Below are positions 26,964-40,912 of a stretch of 64,000 bases of DNA, one piece after another. Origin of the DNA: Octopus vulgaris (lineage: Eukaryota); the NCBI GenBank assembly GCA_951406725.2, contig OX597815.1:85994001-86058000 (forward strand). Direction: 5' to 3'. Both the position numbers and the translations under genes were made by a program. Under the pieces are notes generated by a model. The model made no database searches. It was not told the DNA's origin and saw only the letters and a list, made by a program, of their open reading frames with translations. Positions within the stretch are counted from its first letter, which is position 1, and each line of letters starts with the position of its first letter.

Positions 26964-28044
26964 GCTCCTTTACCATTTAAGTCAACATTGCAAATTTTTG
27001 TAAACGGTTAAATGATTTCAATAATAATTTGCGGCTAAAGAAATTCAATAATTACACAGCACTTGAAACTGTGTAATTACAAAAGTAAAGTAGGTCAGAA
27101 TTGAGATCTTAATTTACAATATGAATCCAAGCTACATTTACATAAATGTGTTTATGAATGTACATAGATATTTATCTGTTTACAAAGTCATTTAGATGAT
27201 GTATTGCAGAAAACGTTCGTAAATATTTACTTGTCTTACAAAGTTAATTTGATAAGTTATTTTGTAAGGAGATTGGAGATGGTTTTGTGATTCATTCGAC
27301 TCGAACGAACACGCATTAAAGTAGAACAAGAGTACACATTTATAAAAAAAATAATTTGATACCTATGAATTAACGTTTCATTTAAGTGTCAACGCACTAA
27401 AGTAGAAGGTAGAGCGAGGGTAAACATTTTTCAAACTAGTAGAAATTGATATCAGTTAAAGATTCTTCATTTTCGAGTCGATCATGTTCTCTGATGTGGC
27501 GTTCTGGTGTTTATGTGGAGAGCGGCTGGAAAATTCTTCTGCTTGATATATTAGGTATTGAGCGAACTGAGACAAAATCCAGGAGCGTTTTTAATTTTGA
27601 TTGTCTAACAAAAATGGCTCACAAATTACTAGCTTCAGATTGTCCAAATAACTTATTAGTTAAATAAAAGAAGACGTGTAACAAAATAGTGAAACCAATA
27701 TGTCGGCAGTTAAATGGAATTGCAACTCATATAACATATGCCTTAATAGGTCTACAGTTTTTAGAGTGGTTTATATATTGGATTGACAAGAGCACATATA
27801 ATTGTGTTAAGTGTTGTTACTTTGCGTTTTGTACTGAACGTCATAATGAGTAGCCGTTACTTTGCGCGTAACATTTGACTGGCGGCTGGATGAGCGGAGA
27901 AAGAAAAGCACAGAGGGAGAAAGTAGAGATAGTAGAAAGAGAGAGAAAGAGAGAGGAAGAGCGAGAGAGAGAAATAAGCGAAATAGAAAGACTATAGGAC
28001 GTGTATGTGTATTTGTCTATTCAATAATTCAAGCAGTAAAAGCG

Positions 28045-28236
28045 GCGAGCTACCAGAAGCGTTAGCAAGCTAGGCGAAATGTCTAGCGGTATTTCATCCG
28101 TCTATGTTCTGAGTTCAAATCCTGCCGAGGTCGACTTTTCCTTTTATCCTTTCGGGGTCGATAAATTAAGTACAATTAAGTATAATCGACTAGCCCCTTC
28201 CCCAAAAAATTTCGGGCGTAGAGGAGAAAAGAATAA
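28045..28236 (+). mobile_element. Family B SINE
   Basis: Same head, central and tail motifs as the other family B copies. Confidence 0.8.
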
Positions 28237-29139
28237 TTCAAGCAGTATGGTCGGTATAGAAAAGAAGAAATTTATGTAGAGAGGGAATGGAGTTACTTGA
28301 ATCAGGATGATGAAGGGGGTTAAAGCAACATTATATTAGTAGTAGTGATAAAACACCTGGAATGTGCGTGTTTATTTACAAACAGCAGTTTTTTTTTGTT
28401 AGAGAGGAAAATAGCGATTAACGACTACAAACTGACCGATTATAGAAATGACCAGATTTATGATTGTGACAGTGACAACAGAACAACGTACCTAGGGAAG
28501 AATTGAACCTGTTAATGCAGTGTTTAGGTAGTTGTTTGTTCACTTAAACATTAGATATAGTCCAATCATATTTCAAAATATTTTGAAGCAGTGTTTTTCG
28601 GCTTCCAGTGTACGGCTTATTACGCCACCACGCCAGCTCCAGTAGCTGCATACTTGAATTGAAACCACAATCTAACGATCATGTATGCAACTCCCAAACC
28701 ACTAAGTGATCCGCTTCCACACACAAAAACATGCTCAAACATACAGGAACATAAATACCGCCGCCACATATAATTCTTTTCCCGTTAAGAAAATGGGTTC
28801 CACATCAAAGAAGGAGAGGCGTAGTGCAACGTTCAGTCGCTTTTCCAAACCCATTACTACCGTAACTACATATACTTCAAATGAAATATGAACCTATGTA
28901 GCATGCCTTGATTACTAGCATCTAAACGTTTGTAATACTAAATCTCTTACTAATATGCAAACACAAACGTATGCTAATATATTATTTCATTGCTTTCAAC
29001 AACTGCACTGTAACCATGCGGAGCTTGAGTCCATAATATTGAACTCGTTCCTTAGAATGGGTTGAAACAGGAAGTCCACCACATGTAATGCGTAACAAGA
29101 TACACGGGGATATTTGCATTTAGCGCACTGTTTTTTGGC

Positions 29140-29466
29140 TATCTCAAGGCGGTACGTATATATACATGTGCATACAGACAGTCATACATACATACATACA
29201 TACATATATGTGTGTATATACATATATACTGTATATATGTACATACAGGACATACGTAAAGACATATATACTGTGATGAAGAAGAGAATAAGTTATCTCA
29301 AGGTGGTACGTATATATATATATACATGTGCATACAGACAGTCATATATACATACATACATACATATATACATATGTGTGTGTATATACATATATACTGT
29401 ATATATGTACATACAGGACATACGCAAAGACATATATATACTGTGATGAAGAAGAGAATAAGTTAT
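29140..29466 (+). repeat. Tandem duplication, two copies of ~155-172 bp
   Basis: TATCTCAAGG.GGTACG...CTGTGATGAAGAAGAGAATAAGTTAT repeated. Confidence 0.9.
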
Positions 29467-29904
29467 GCATGCATTAACTATGATTTCCTATGGTAAATTC
29501 GTGAAGTTGTTTAATTTACTATGTAATAATTATGTAATATTGTTTAGTCTTCTGTGTAATCACTCTGTAATATTCCATCATGTCAAAGTTTCAGAGAGAA
29601 GTAAAGAATTATATTACGTGATACAGGACATGTCTCATATGGTCAAGTATGGCGGGGCGTCTTACCTAGCGGCCCAGAAGCTGATTGGTTCAGAATAAAG
29701 TTATAGGTGTTACGAAATCACACAACAGATTAGAAGATTCTAGATTAATGCACGTGTATATAAGGAGAGTCTAGTCTCTCTGCGCAGGCAAGTAATGAGA
29801 AGAAGTCAGTCAGTGTGAAACTAATTAACAAAGAACTATATTCCACGAAACATTTGTTTTGAAGTCCTAACTCTCTACGACTTTTCTCTGGTTTGGTTTG
29901 CTGC

Positions 29905-30125
29905 GCGAAATGCTTAGCGTTACGTTCTGAGTTCAAATTCCGCCAAGTAAAGAAATAGGTATTTCGTCTGTCATTACGTTCTGAGTTCGAATTCCACCGA
30001 GGTCGGCTTTGCCTTTCATCCTCTCAGAGTCGATAAATTAAGTAGCAGTTGCGTACTTGGGTCGATCTAATCGACTGGGCCCCCTCCCCAAACGTTTCAG
30101 GCCTTGTGCCTACAGTAAAACAGAA
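29905..30125 (+). mobile_element. Family B SINE with a partial tandem head
   Basis: CGTTCTGAGTTC occurs twice, followed by the central domain and tail. Confidence 0.8.
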
Positions 30126-30354
30126 TACCCATCTCTACATTCATCTACAGCTTCAAACGAAATGAATAATGCCCAGGCAATAAATGAATTATAAACTCTA
30201 ATTTGGTACAGTTTCTAAACAAAGGCCGAGATATTGTTTCCTTATATGTATATATTATTGACGAGAAATAGAAATAGTAAGATATGATGTTGATACTTTT
30301 CCATTCCAGTTCACAGGTCACTTAAGACTGGTGGATAGAAACGTAGAGAGTTAT

Positions 30355-30500
30355 CTGAGTTCGAATTCCGCCTAGGTCGACTTTACCTTTCATCCTTTCG
30401 GGGTAGATAAATTATGTACCAGTTGCGTACTGGTTTCGATCTCATCGACTTGCCCCACTCGCCCAAAATTTCGGACCTTGTGCCTAGAGTGGAAAAGTAT
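30355..30500 (+). mobile_element. Family B SINE
   Basis: Central domain and tail present. Confidence 0.8.
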
Positions 30501-33087
30501 TTATTAACTGAAATATAATTGTGACTGTGGTAGTGTCGTTTGGGTTAAACTCCTCGTACGTCTGCAGGAATAGTGTGGTGGCTATAGCAAGAAGGATGTT
30601 GTAATGTTCAAATTTTTGTTACTCTATAAAACTAGTTTAGTTAACTATGATGGTATCCAACGATATTTCTGCAGTGCTATTTTGTATTTCACATCTTTTA
30701 ATATAAAATCATAAAACAACGATAGAATGGCGGTGGTGGACCGTCTAAACTATATACTGAGTCTGAATTTCCAGGATTTATTCATCATGCAATAGAGCGA
30801 ATACATGAATTCCAAATGTTGAATTACGTTTTGGGATAAGTGAAAAATAAAAGCCAGGTCCCTGTTTTTTCTACAACCTATGAAGTTTAGAATACCGGGC
30901 ATTCTAATGATTTCAAGATCTCTTTAGAGGAACATCTACTGGCGTGGTTACCGTATTTCACATCACTGTTGTTGATAAAGAAAAGTGAAGAATCTAATCA
31001 AATGTAGTCGTCATCTGTTCATTAGATACAATTTAAGGTAAAGTACATCTTTAATAAAGATACAATGCAACGCCGGTGATAGCGTACGAGCAGTAAATAA
31101 GAATAAAGTACTGAGTTATACTTACTAAATGATACACTTGAAGCAAGTTTGAATGACTCGAGCTATGAGCAAAACATTTCAAGGCAAGATGTCACTGTCA
31201 TGATAACTAGAAGAAAACGAGAAAAAAGAAGAGCGTTTAGTTAATTGAAATTAAGGAAACGAAACAACAATATATTCAGTAAATAATTATCATTGATATT
31301 TATTCATAACCGTAAATACGCAGAGAATAAAGACTTTATTAGACCAGAATATGAGGCAAATTCTATGTAACAGCTTAAGCAACGAGCAACAGCAGCACAA
31401 TTTTCCGCAAATCCCATCCTATGTTCTTAAAATTGAAGAGTATATCAAATAAGTTAATATTAGATACATTATGATTAAAAATAAAAGGGTGGTCATTGCT
31501 GGAACTCTAGTCATCATTTGACAAGAGATAAACTGAGATATAAACAATAACAACCAAAATAACTAGCTGCTATATGATCTTTTTACCAGATAAATATTTG
31601 TCAAATCCGACCTATTTGCTATCAGCACCGACAATGCTCACCTTTATTCAGAGGAAGTTGCCTTCTCTTCTTTACTAACTGTTCATTATCAAGCAGTTTT
31701 AGCACCTGAGAACCACTCAACAATGACTCTATGAACAATTGCTTTGAACACATTCTTAAATGGAGTTGTACCAATCATATATTTTATAATAGCTTAAATG
31801 CGCAATCACTACCCATTCCAAGAGAATTAATAACTCGTAATCAAAGCAAAAGATAAGTTTTACCGTCATTGGGGAATGTGCGTCTTGAACAAGTGAAGAT
31901 TGCGCCAGGAGAGGTGCATTACAAAACTGACCTTCTTCAAGAAGAGAAAATATTTATTCGTCTAACAACTACTAACCCCTTGAAAAGCCTAAATGTGTTC
32001 CACACTGGAGTATTCCTTCCAGATCTGGGATTTCACTACTGCTATTCTTACAGACATATTTATCAGTATACCCCACAAAAATGGCACCTGATTGGTTGGC
32101 ACGAAATCGCAATCTCAGTACATTTTAGTTATTTCTAGTAGATTTTATTGTATTTGAACGTTATTGCTAATATTAAAGTATCTTGGAATGTGAACCTTTC
32201 AAGATTCCTTCAAGTATGCTCAATAAGCTGCCACTGAACACTTTAAGGAATATTGTTTTCTATTTTAGCTCATATAATTATCGTAAATTATGAGAAATTT
32301 CTGTATGTTGTTAATATAAATTGGCATAGATATTTAAAACACCGTTTTATTGAATTCTTCTTAGAACACAACATAAACACAATCACTCATGTGATACATG
32401 TGTGTGCTTGTAGGTATGTATGTATTGTCTATAAAATATAAAATGGGAAAATTCTGTTACACATAAGAGAGTTGGTAATTGTATATTTATTAATGTAATA
32501 TAATCTGGCAAAACATCATATTATAATTTATTATAATAATTTCTGATGAAGCACGCTTTATTTGTGAGGCTATTATTTTAATACGGAAAAAGGAAATGAA
32601 TATTTCAATGCGATTTTCTCAGATTTGTATGTATTCTAAATTAGACAATAAATATAGAGAATTATGTTTATCCAAGTAATTATCTTATCTATTCTTAACA
32701 ATTCAGATCTTTTCAAAGCTTTTCACAACATTTTATTTCCTATTAACTTGATATCTTAATTTGTTTTATGTTATTTTTCCATAAATTAAATTATCTGAAA
32801 TTGTTTTATATTTAACACTTTTTTCTATCATTTACGTTTATCTTCGGATATTCGTTTCTCACGTCGGTACAAGATCACATATGTAGTGAAGAGTTATGAT
32901 ATATTGAATCAGGTGTGTATATGACTGCTACCTATCTTATAAATCAAGGAGTTGTGTCAAGGAAAAATCAACAGCAGTAGAATTTAAACTCTCATCAGAA
33001 AGGGACGTAACTAAGCTAAATGAAATACATTTGACCAATTAATCAATTTATGCCGACCACATCTTTTATATTTTAATACTAAATTTT

Positions 33088-33480
33088 AGGACTTGCTGTG
33101 TTGAAAGATATTTGTTTCACAACCACGTATTTCCAGATTCGATTCTACGGCATATCATCTTGGGCAAGTGCCTTCTACTACAGCCGCGGACCGACCAATG
33201 CCTTGTGATTGGATTTGGTAGACAGAAACTGAATATACATTCATACACACATACACATACACGCGCGCCTGTGGTTGTGTCTGTGTTTGTCCCTTACCAC
33301 AGCTTGACAACCGGTGTTGGTGTTTACATTTCTGTAACTTAGCGGTTCTGCAAAAGAGACCCATAGAATAAGCACCGGGTTTTAAAAAGTACTGGAGACG
33401 ATTATGTCGGCAAAACCTCTCCAAGGTGGTGCCCCAGCATGACCACAGTCTAATGAGTGAAAAGGAAAGAATAAAAGATT
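33088..33480 (+). mobile_element. Family A SINE
   Basis: TTGGGCAAGTGCCTTCTAC..GGATTTGGTAGACAGAAACTG..CCCCAGCATGACCACAGTC. Confidence 0.75.
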
Positions 33481-36068
33481 AAATATTTAATATAAATACT
33501 GTGAAATGGTAGAATATTACATAATTTAGCTAGAAGTTTTACAGCAAGCAGTTATGTACTCTGTGATTCCGAAATCAAATTCATCCAAGGCCAAATGCAT
33601 CCTTCCCTACTCTGAGGTCTATGATGTAAATGAGACACACGTATAAGAGACTTGATTAATGTGAAAATATCATTCATTCTTGAATATTCAGGATTTGTGC
33701 CACAATTAGAAATCAGTATTAGATACATAGTGTTATTTGAAAAATCATTTCCTTGAAACTCTTGCGATTATACAATGTTGATGGGCGAGATTTGATTATG
33801 AATTATACTCTCGAAGTATCCTTTAGGACTGCATATTTATGTAAAATTACATCAACATTGCATGGTTCATCTGCTAGAAGCTAATAAGCTCGGTTAGTAT
33901 ACGAAATCCAAGATATAAATGGAAGAATAATTGCAAACAGAGACCATTTTTACCACTTTGTATTAAAACACTCTACATTACATAGTATAATATAATTTGG
34001 AATCAAGAAAATTAGATAGATTCAGAACCTAAGCCTTGAAATGACCTTCATAAAATCTGCCATCTGCTTTTCGATATTCCTTATGCGAGATAAACAAAAG
34101 TTACTCTCCTGGTCGTATTCTTTTGAGAAATATTGTATGAGCGAGGAAATCTCGTTTGGAATCACATTTATGCTTATATAGAGGACATTCAGCATCTTTA
34201 TGATATTATTCATTCCAACATAAACATTTACAAGCCTAAACGAGAATACATTTTAAAATTTGTCTGAAACGCACTACCAAAGTTGGAGATGCAAATTATT
34301 TTCAATATTCCAGTTAACGGAGTCTACAAGAATATTTAACATGAAAAGCATTTAACTACTCTTTACCTGTACTCATTTTCCCCATTTCAAAAAAATTCTT
34401 TTGTTTTGTTTTAGTTTCATTTATATAAAGGGTATTATTACTTTCACAATCTTTCATGGTGTTGCTACCATTGTTCAATGCTGTTCAGTCCATGGCCATG
34501 TCTTCTTTTGGCAAATATAGTGTATCTAGGACAACAAGCAAATAAAAACATTTTTTAAACGTTTCTATTGTTTATTTCTGATATTAGAGTGGCATTAGGG
34601 TGACGTACCGCCTTGGGTGGCTTCACCGCTCAAGTCACTTCTTGTATTTATTTTGTAGTTTGCAACATATTATCTTTCACTTCCTTTTCACCGAATTATT
34701 GTTACAAGGACCTAAACGAACCTCAGCTAGTGTGAAGCGGTTACTCACAAACACAAGACAGTATACTTCTTTAATCAATGAAAGCATGTCATCTGAGATG
34801 GTATTAAAATAACAGCATTGTCGTTCCTACACTGGTAATGAAAATCAACGAGAAGATATATTCTTTCTTGGTTACAGATGGTGAATGAAGGACTTCAGCA
34901 CACCAGTTTTCTACTTCTTGATTGTTTTTTATGCCATCTTTTTTTGTTGAAGCTATTAATCTTTAGTAAGTGCTATAAACGAATTAGAAAAGTAAAAATA
35001 GCGACTGAGTCTTGCAACTAAACAAATGATATCCATTATGCGAGCTGGAACTGTGTTTATTTTTGTTGTTGCCAATTTGCTGAGAATAATAACCATAGCT
35101 TTATGCTGAAACAATTTCGAACACTAAATTAGTATTAAAAATAATGTTCGAGACTCATAAAATAAGGTTGTGTTAAATCAGCGTCATATAAACATCGAAA
35201 ACATCCATCACTATATTTTTATCAGATACTGATGTTGTTATATTTCTTTTTCTTAAATTAATTGGTCATGCTACTAAGCACAATAAACTTTCAACAATGT
35301 TATAAAAAATATTCTCAACTATTTTTATTAGTTTTATTCTTATCTTTTTAATATGGTGCTCTTGTCCTTTGCAATATAATGCTTTTTCTCAATATTTCGA
35401 GGCTACTTACCTTTTTTTAATTTATTATTAACTATTATATTGAGAAAGAATTCTCAAATCACATCTCACTACAATTTCGAAATTTTCTTTTTGTTTCTGT
35501 TTTCATTAGCTTGAAATGCTAGATATAATATGTCTGAAAAAAGAAGGAATGGGTCCTTCCATTGAAAACCATTAAGTATAAGATTGTTGACCTTTGACTA
35601 ACCACTATCCTAAATCCTCCCTCAATAACAACAACGAAAAACACGAGTCAGGAAGCCCCTAACCTATCATTGAACCTGCTAAAAATATCAGCCATACTCT
35701 TCCCCAATTCCCAACACCTTAAATAAAGAAGGATATATCGAACAATGCTGTTCATAATATGCAACCATACATGGTAATGTGGCTTTGATAGTCACCACAA
35801 TCAAATCTAATCTAGACCTAAACAAAACAGCTATCACTTAATTATTTTGGTTGTAGCATGTGTGACGAAAAAGTATATTTGTTCGAATTTAGGATCTTAT
35901 ATTTGCTAAACTCACCAACGCGACTATTTAGTTCAGGATCTCAACCATAAGATGTCTTTACAGCAAATTGAATATTAAACATTTAAATATCTGAGATGAA
36001 TTCCTGAAACTATTGAAGATATAGTACCCGTTGAATTATTATATACATTATAAAGATTGTGTATTTAT

Positions 36069-36168
36069 NNNNNNNNNNNNNNNNNNNNNNNNNNNNNNNN
36101 NNNNNNNNNNNNNNNNNNNNNNNNNNNNNNNNNNNNNNNNNNNNNNNNNNNNNNNNNNNNNNNNNNNN
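36069..36168. other. Assembly gap (100 N)
   Basis: Run of exactly 100 n. Confidence 1.
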
Positions 36169-36971
36169 CTGCATTTATATTGAGCATATCTCTGAGAAGT
36201 ATAGCTAAACTATGTGAATATTGCTAGGTGCCCAAGCCAATAAATAACAGAAATTATCTAAACGAACAATCTGTTTGTTTAAAGCGGCTTTACATTTTTC
36301 ACTAGACATCATGATATATAACATTCGTATACATACAAGACTAAGATATAAATGTCAATGAGGGAGATAGTTTTCCTAGCTATGATATATAATTTCGCTC
36401 TATGCGACTGACAAATTCACCTGGTTTGTAAATTTTGTGTTTATTACGAAAATGTCCATTTACATATTTATTGAATAGTAGTTTTTCGTTGTCTGCACTA
36501 ATCATCTCAGTCCCCCTGTTGTTATTTTCTACGCTACATTTAGAGTAGCAAATCTTTTCACTGTTTAAGGGCAGTACATACGTACTCATTCGGACATACA
36601 CGAATACTCATACGTGCACAACACACACAGAGGCAAGGACATACACACACATAGAGGCATGAACACATACACTCACGCACAGGCACGGACACAAAAGTGC
36701 ACATACACAAACTTATTCAACACAAACAGCTTAGAATTATATTATATTTTGCACAAGTCTTTGGCAATTTGAAATTCTGTTCGTTATCAACATTGGAGGT
36801 TCAAACTAAATATCGAATGCATTAATCTCAATAATATTGTGGGTTTTTAACTGGTCATAACTATCGCTACACCTAACCTGACATATTTAAAAAAAAATAA
36901 AACGTACACGTATTTCCTTACAAGTATGTTGATTGGTGCTGAATTAAAAGCCAATATTTTAATGTAGCATA

Positions 36972-37100
36972 AGGCAGTGAGCTGGCAGACTCGTTAACAC
37001 ACCGAGCAAGATGTTTAGCGTTATTTTGTCCGTCTTTACGTTCTGAGTTCAAATTTCATCGAGGTTAACTACCTTTCATCCTTTCGGGGGTTGGTAAATT
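36972..37100 (+). mobile_element. Family B SINE, 5' part
   Basis: GAGCTGGCAGA.TCGTTA..CTGAGTTCAAATT..TTTCATCCTTTCGGGG. Confidence 0.7.
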
Positions 37101-38949
37101 GCGAAATATTTGAGCATTGCCAAGATTTGAAACCAATATCGTAATGTAGTGTTTTAACGTTCCTAATTACTATGTCCTTGCTGCATTCATTGTTTCGTCT
37201 CTCGTGCCGTATAGTATGGAACACAAAAGTACCGTTTCTCACTACACAATTCATCAAAATAATATACAAGGCCATATAAACGTATATGCTTAATGCACAC
37301 AGAATAAGTATACACATACCTAATGGCTGCCAACTCGTAGACGAATATGACCATCATTGACAAATTATCTAATCGTAGATGATAAAGACAATACTGTTAG
37401 CAATGACAGTGGTGAACTTTTAACTCACTAATAGTTTTTACAACGTTAAGAGTTTCACCTACGAAGTCAAGTATTCTAGAAACAAACAAGAGCAAGATCT
37501 CTGGCTTAGCAATGAAGTGGGTGTTATTCTGGAATTTCTTTCTCCCAGGGAGCTTTTTAGACAAAGGCTAGCGATCCTTTTCCACTAGCTTGTCAGATTG
37601 CCGTCCTGCAGGGGGTCCAACGAAAAGCACTCTCCTTACTAAGGTGTGATAGAGTTGCCAATACATATATACATACACACACAGAGGAGAGCTGGATACA
37701 AATCAAACTGCCTCAGCAGCAATTTTCAGAAGTTAGGTCAAACGAAGCCGGATAAGAAACAGTTAATTTGGACTGTAGAGCTACAAACCATTAAGATGAC
37801 AATGGATATATGGAAAACGAGAAAAACATTCCAGGAGTTTGGTATGTAATAAATACATAAACACGCGTGTAGACATTCAAACATACGTTTGTGTATACAT
37901 ACATAAGTCTAAATATACAGAGTCAATCATGCAATAACGTTAATGCTTGCATTCATGCTTACGTGTGCGAACGTATACGCAATTCATTCATATATTTACA
38001 AGATAGTGTAGTGAAAGATGTTTTTCTGGATTAGGAAAGTTATTTTTCATTGGTGAGAAGTTTCAGAAACGAAATACATGAATGTTTGGAGGACTGAATA
38101 AGCGTTACTTGTATCAAATTAACCAACATTTTAGACATGTAAGAATCTCGTTTTGATATTCTTCGAAGTGTCTCATAAAAAAAAAAAATGTTTTTCTTAG
38201 AAAAGAAAATGTAAAATTGAAAATTGGTTAGGAAAGTATGTTGTTCATCTGAATATATCTATATGATTCCATTATGTCGGAAGATGGGTCAATATAAATT
38301 TATAGATTCCTTCTAGAAAGTATTTTTGATTTTAATGTGCTAATTAATTTCAAAGTGAAGAAAGAAATATATTTAAAGATTTCGCTTTCAAATAAGAAGT
38401 TAATTAAAGGCGCAGATGCGTTAGGAACTCTTCAAACTTACATATCGATTTTGTCCTCTGCATATATTGGTTTCTTTAGAATTCCAATTTGCTTCCTATT
38501 TTCGTTTTCGTTCCCCTCACCCCACCCGCGTCCACCTACAGTTTGAGTGTGTACATACACACACATGCACGCGCGTACACACAAACACGCACTGACACAC
38601 TTACACAGACGCATGTGCGTACATACACCGTATGTGTGGAAGTGAATGACAAAGAAAAAAGTACGCATACGATACAGAGTAGGCTCTTATTCATATACAT
38701 ATCTATGGATATAACAATGTATACATAAATCCGAATCTATGCGTGTTTATAAGTGTGAGTGTGAATACATTACATGTATAAGAGAATATGTACACGCACA
38801 CACACACACACACACACACGTTCTCTTTAACTCACTGTATGTATTTGTGTGTGTATGTGTGTGTAAGTGTATATATATACTCTTATTGTATTATATGTTT
38901 CAGCCTTGAGGCTGCGGCCATGCTGTGGCACCGCCAGTGTAAACACCTT

Positions 38950-39400
38950 TTAATTGGCCAATTTCATGGGATTGGCTTTTGGTGAAGGAGGGAGTTCGAA
39001 ACCGCTGCCCTCTTTTGAATTTCCTACTCTGATATTGGTTCATCTGGGAGCTTGGATAGAAACAGGGCAAGGTGTTTCATGATAACATCTACTCCCAATC
39101 CATAGAGATCCCTAAGATGTTTTGGCAAGGAGTTAAAGAGCTGCGGGCCCATGAATCTCAAGCTATTGCAGTACATAGTGCTCGCTTTAGATGAGGCAGC
39201 TCAGACTTTTGGAACAGTTCAGTGACATCCATTTCGAGATCTGGTATAGCTCTCAATTCGAAAGTATTACAAGTTCGGTTGGAAGATTGGAAAATGGCAA
39301 CTGAAGAGTAGCGTTTGTCGATCTTCTTATGGTGAGGGAAGGACTTATTGTAATACCTGCATGTGACTGGTCACCGGTTACATAACAATGATTTCTTGCA
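38950..39400 (-). mobile_element. Older CR1/L2-group LINE 3' fragment
   Basis: Minus strand YCNSLRFMGPQLFNSLPKHLRDL..LFLSKLPDEP, homologous to the C-terminus of the 24.2-kb LINE. Confidence 0.7.
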
Positions 39401-39606
39401 CATTTCATATACAATTTATTCTTATTATGATTATTATACGACTCGGAACTTCCTGAAACAGCTGTCGAAGTTGCATATTCTCTTCATGTTTTATTCGTTA
39501 TTTTTTCACACATTTATTCTGCGTTGCATGTAAATATAGTTATGTGAAGCCTAATTGTGTTTATGTTCATTACTACAACCCCACTATGTCTCTCTCACTC
39601 TCTCTG

Positions 39607-39643
<37 letters not shown>

Positions 39644-39960
39644 AGGAGTAAATATTCAAAAGCGAATGTCTTTGAAGATATTATTTTTGTTATCACATAT
39701 AAATTGATAATACCAACAACTAAAATATAGGTGGCTGCAGGTTTTAAATAGCGTTAGTTAACTATACAATTAAAATTCTCTATTTATCATAAAGGCACAC
39801 GAAGCACCTACCTGCTAGAAAGTGGAGTTAAAACCCTGAACTAAACCACCAATGACAATGGAAAATTCAGCAGATAGCAACAGTAGTCTGGTGAACGAGT
39901 AAAAAAAAAAATTACATGCCATCACACCTTAATGCTATATAGTTTGGTCATTTGGATATA

Positions 39961-40014
39961 CTTGTATCATGATTTCGAGTTTTGGTAAAAAAAACCTGAG
40001 CTGTCTTAAGCAAG
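39961..40014 (-). ncRNA. Degenerate hammerhead ribozyme (G5 changed to U)
   Basis: Minus strand CTTG-CTTAAGA-CAG...CTC-GAAA-TCATGA-TA-CAAG, with a palindromic stem III. Confidence 0.55.
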
Positions 40015-40095
40015 ATTTATTTACCAAGTTAAAAATTACTGAAGAGAGTTAAGGCGCTTCGTGTACCCTTATGATATATATATGTATGTATGTAT

Positions 40096-40156
<61 letters not shown>

Positions 40157-40160
<4 letters not shown>

Positions 40161-40912
40161 GCTACAAAGCCAAATACGAAGCTATCGATGATCAAATCAG
40201 AGATGAAATATCCAAACTAACGACCGGCAATATAGAAGAAAAAATGCGAGAACTATGGATCAGAGATATCTCAAAAGAAGAAAGCAGATCAAGAAAGTTT
40301 TGGCAGCGGAAACAATTATTTCTCGACAAATATGCTACAAATTACGGTAAAGACACCAGAACTCCGAGAAATAGCATTAAAAGTGGACAACCTCACCAAC
40401 GCAACATACACCAGAACACGTGGCAACATGAACACCCGTTTCACCACGAATCGAAGACGAACTACGGTAAGAACTCTTCCCATTTTGTATGCAAACACCC
40501 TAATGCACACAACATGAACAAAAAGCACAAACAAAATAGATATTGTTTTGAACAAACCATTAGCAGTAGAAATAACAGGAGATCATTTTCAAGACCTCAA
40601 CAGAGATTACCCACAAGAAACTGGACAAAAAACCGATCTAGATCTAGAAGTAAACCCAGATCATTTCTCCAGGTGGTTAAAAACAATGCTAACAAGAAAT
40701 TGAAAAGTAGCTTACATAATACCAAAAACAAGACAGAAAACATAACGAAACCAAGTAAAGTACCACAACCAAAACGCAAAATTCATCAAGCAAACATCAA
40801 CAGGAATATAAATCATAACCAGAAAAAAATCCATTTTTTTACGTCAGGACAACAAACACCGGAGAAAGAAAAAATCCAAGAGGAAACATACCCCAAACAA
40901 CTGAACGTATAG
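40157..40912 (+). CDS. Basic, Asn/Lys/Arg-rich N-terminal region of the Penelope-like polyprotein (overlapping frame, 5'-truncated)
   Basis: About 250 open codons directly upstream of the RT frame, overlapping it by 94 nt. The ORF-track start at 40061 lies just before microsatellite sequence and is probably spurious. Confidence 0.65.

Noticed and set aside
32543-32549. CTGATGA as a hammerhead core; also at 2307, 13879 and 50428-50434 (minus)
   Set aside because: No correctly placed GAAA, cleavage triplet and stem I. The 13879 and 50430 hits lie in mariner and Helitron-like repeats.
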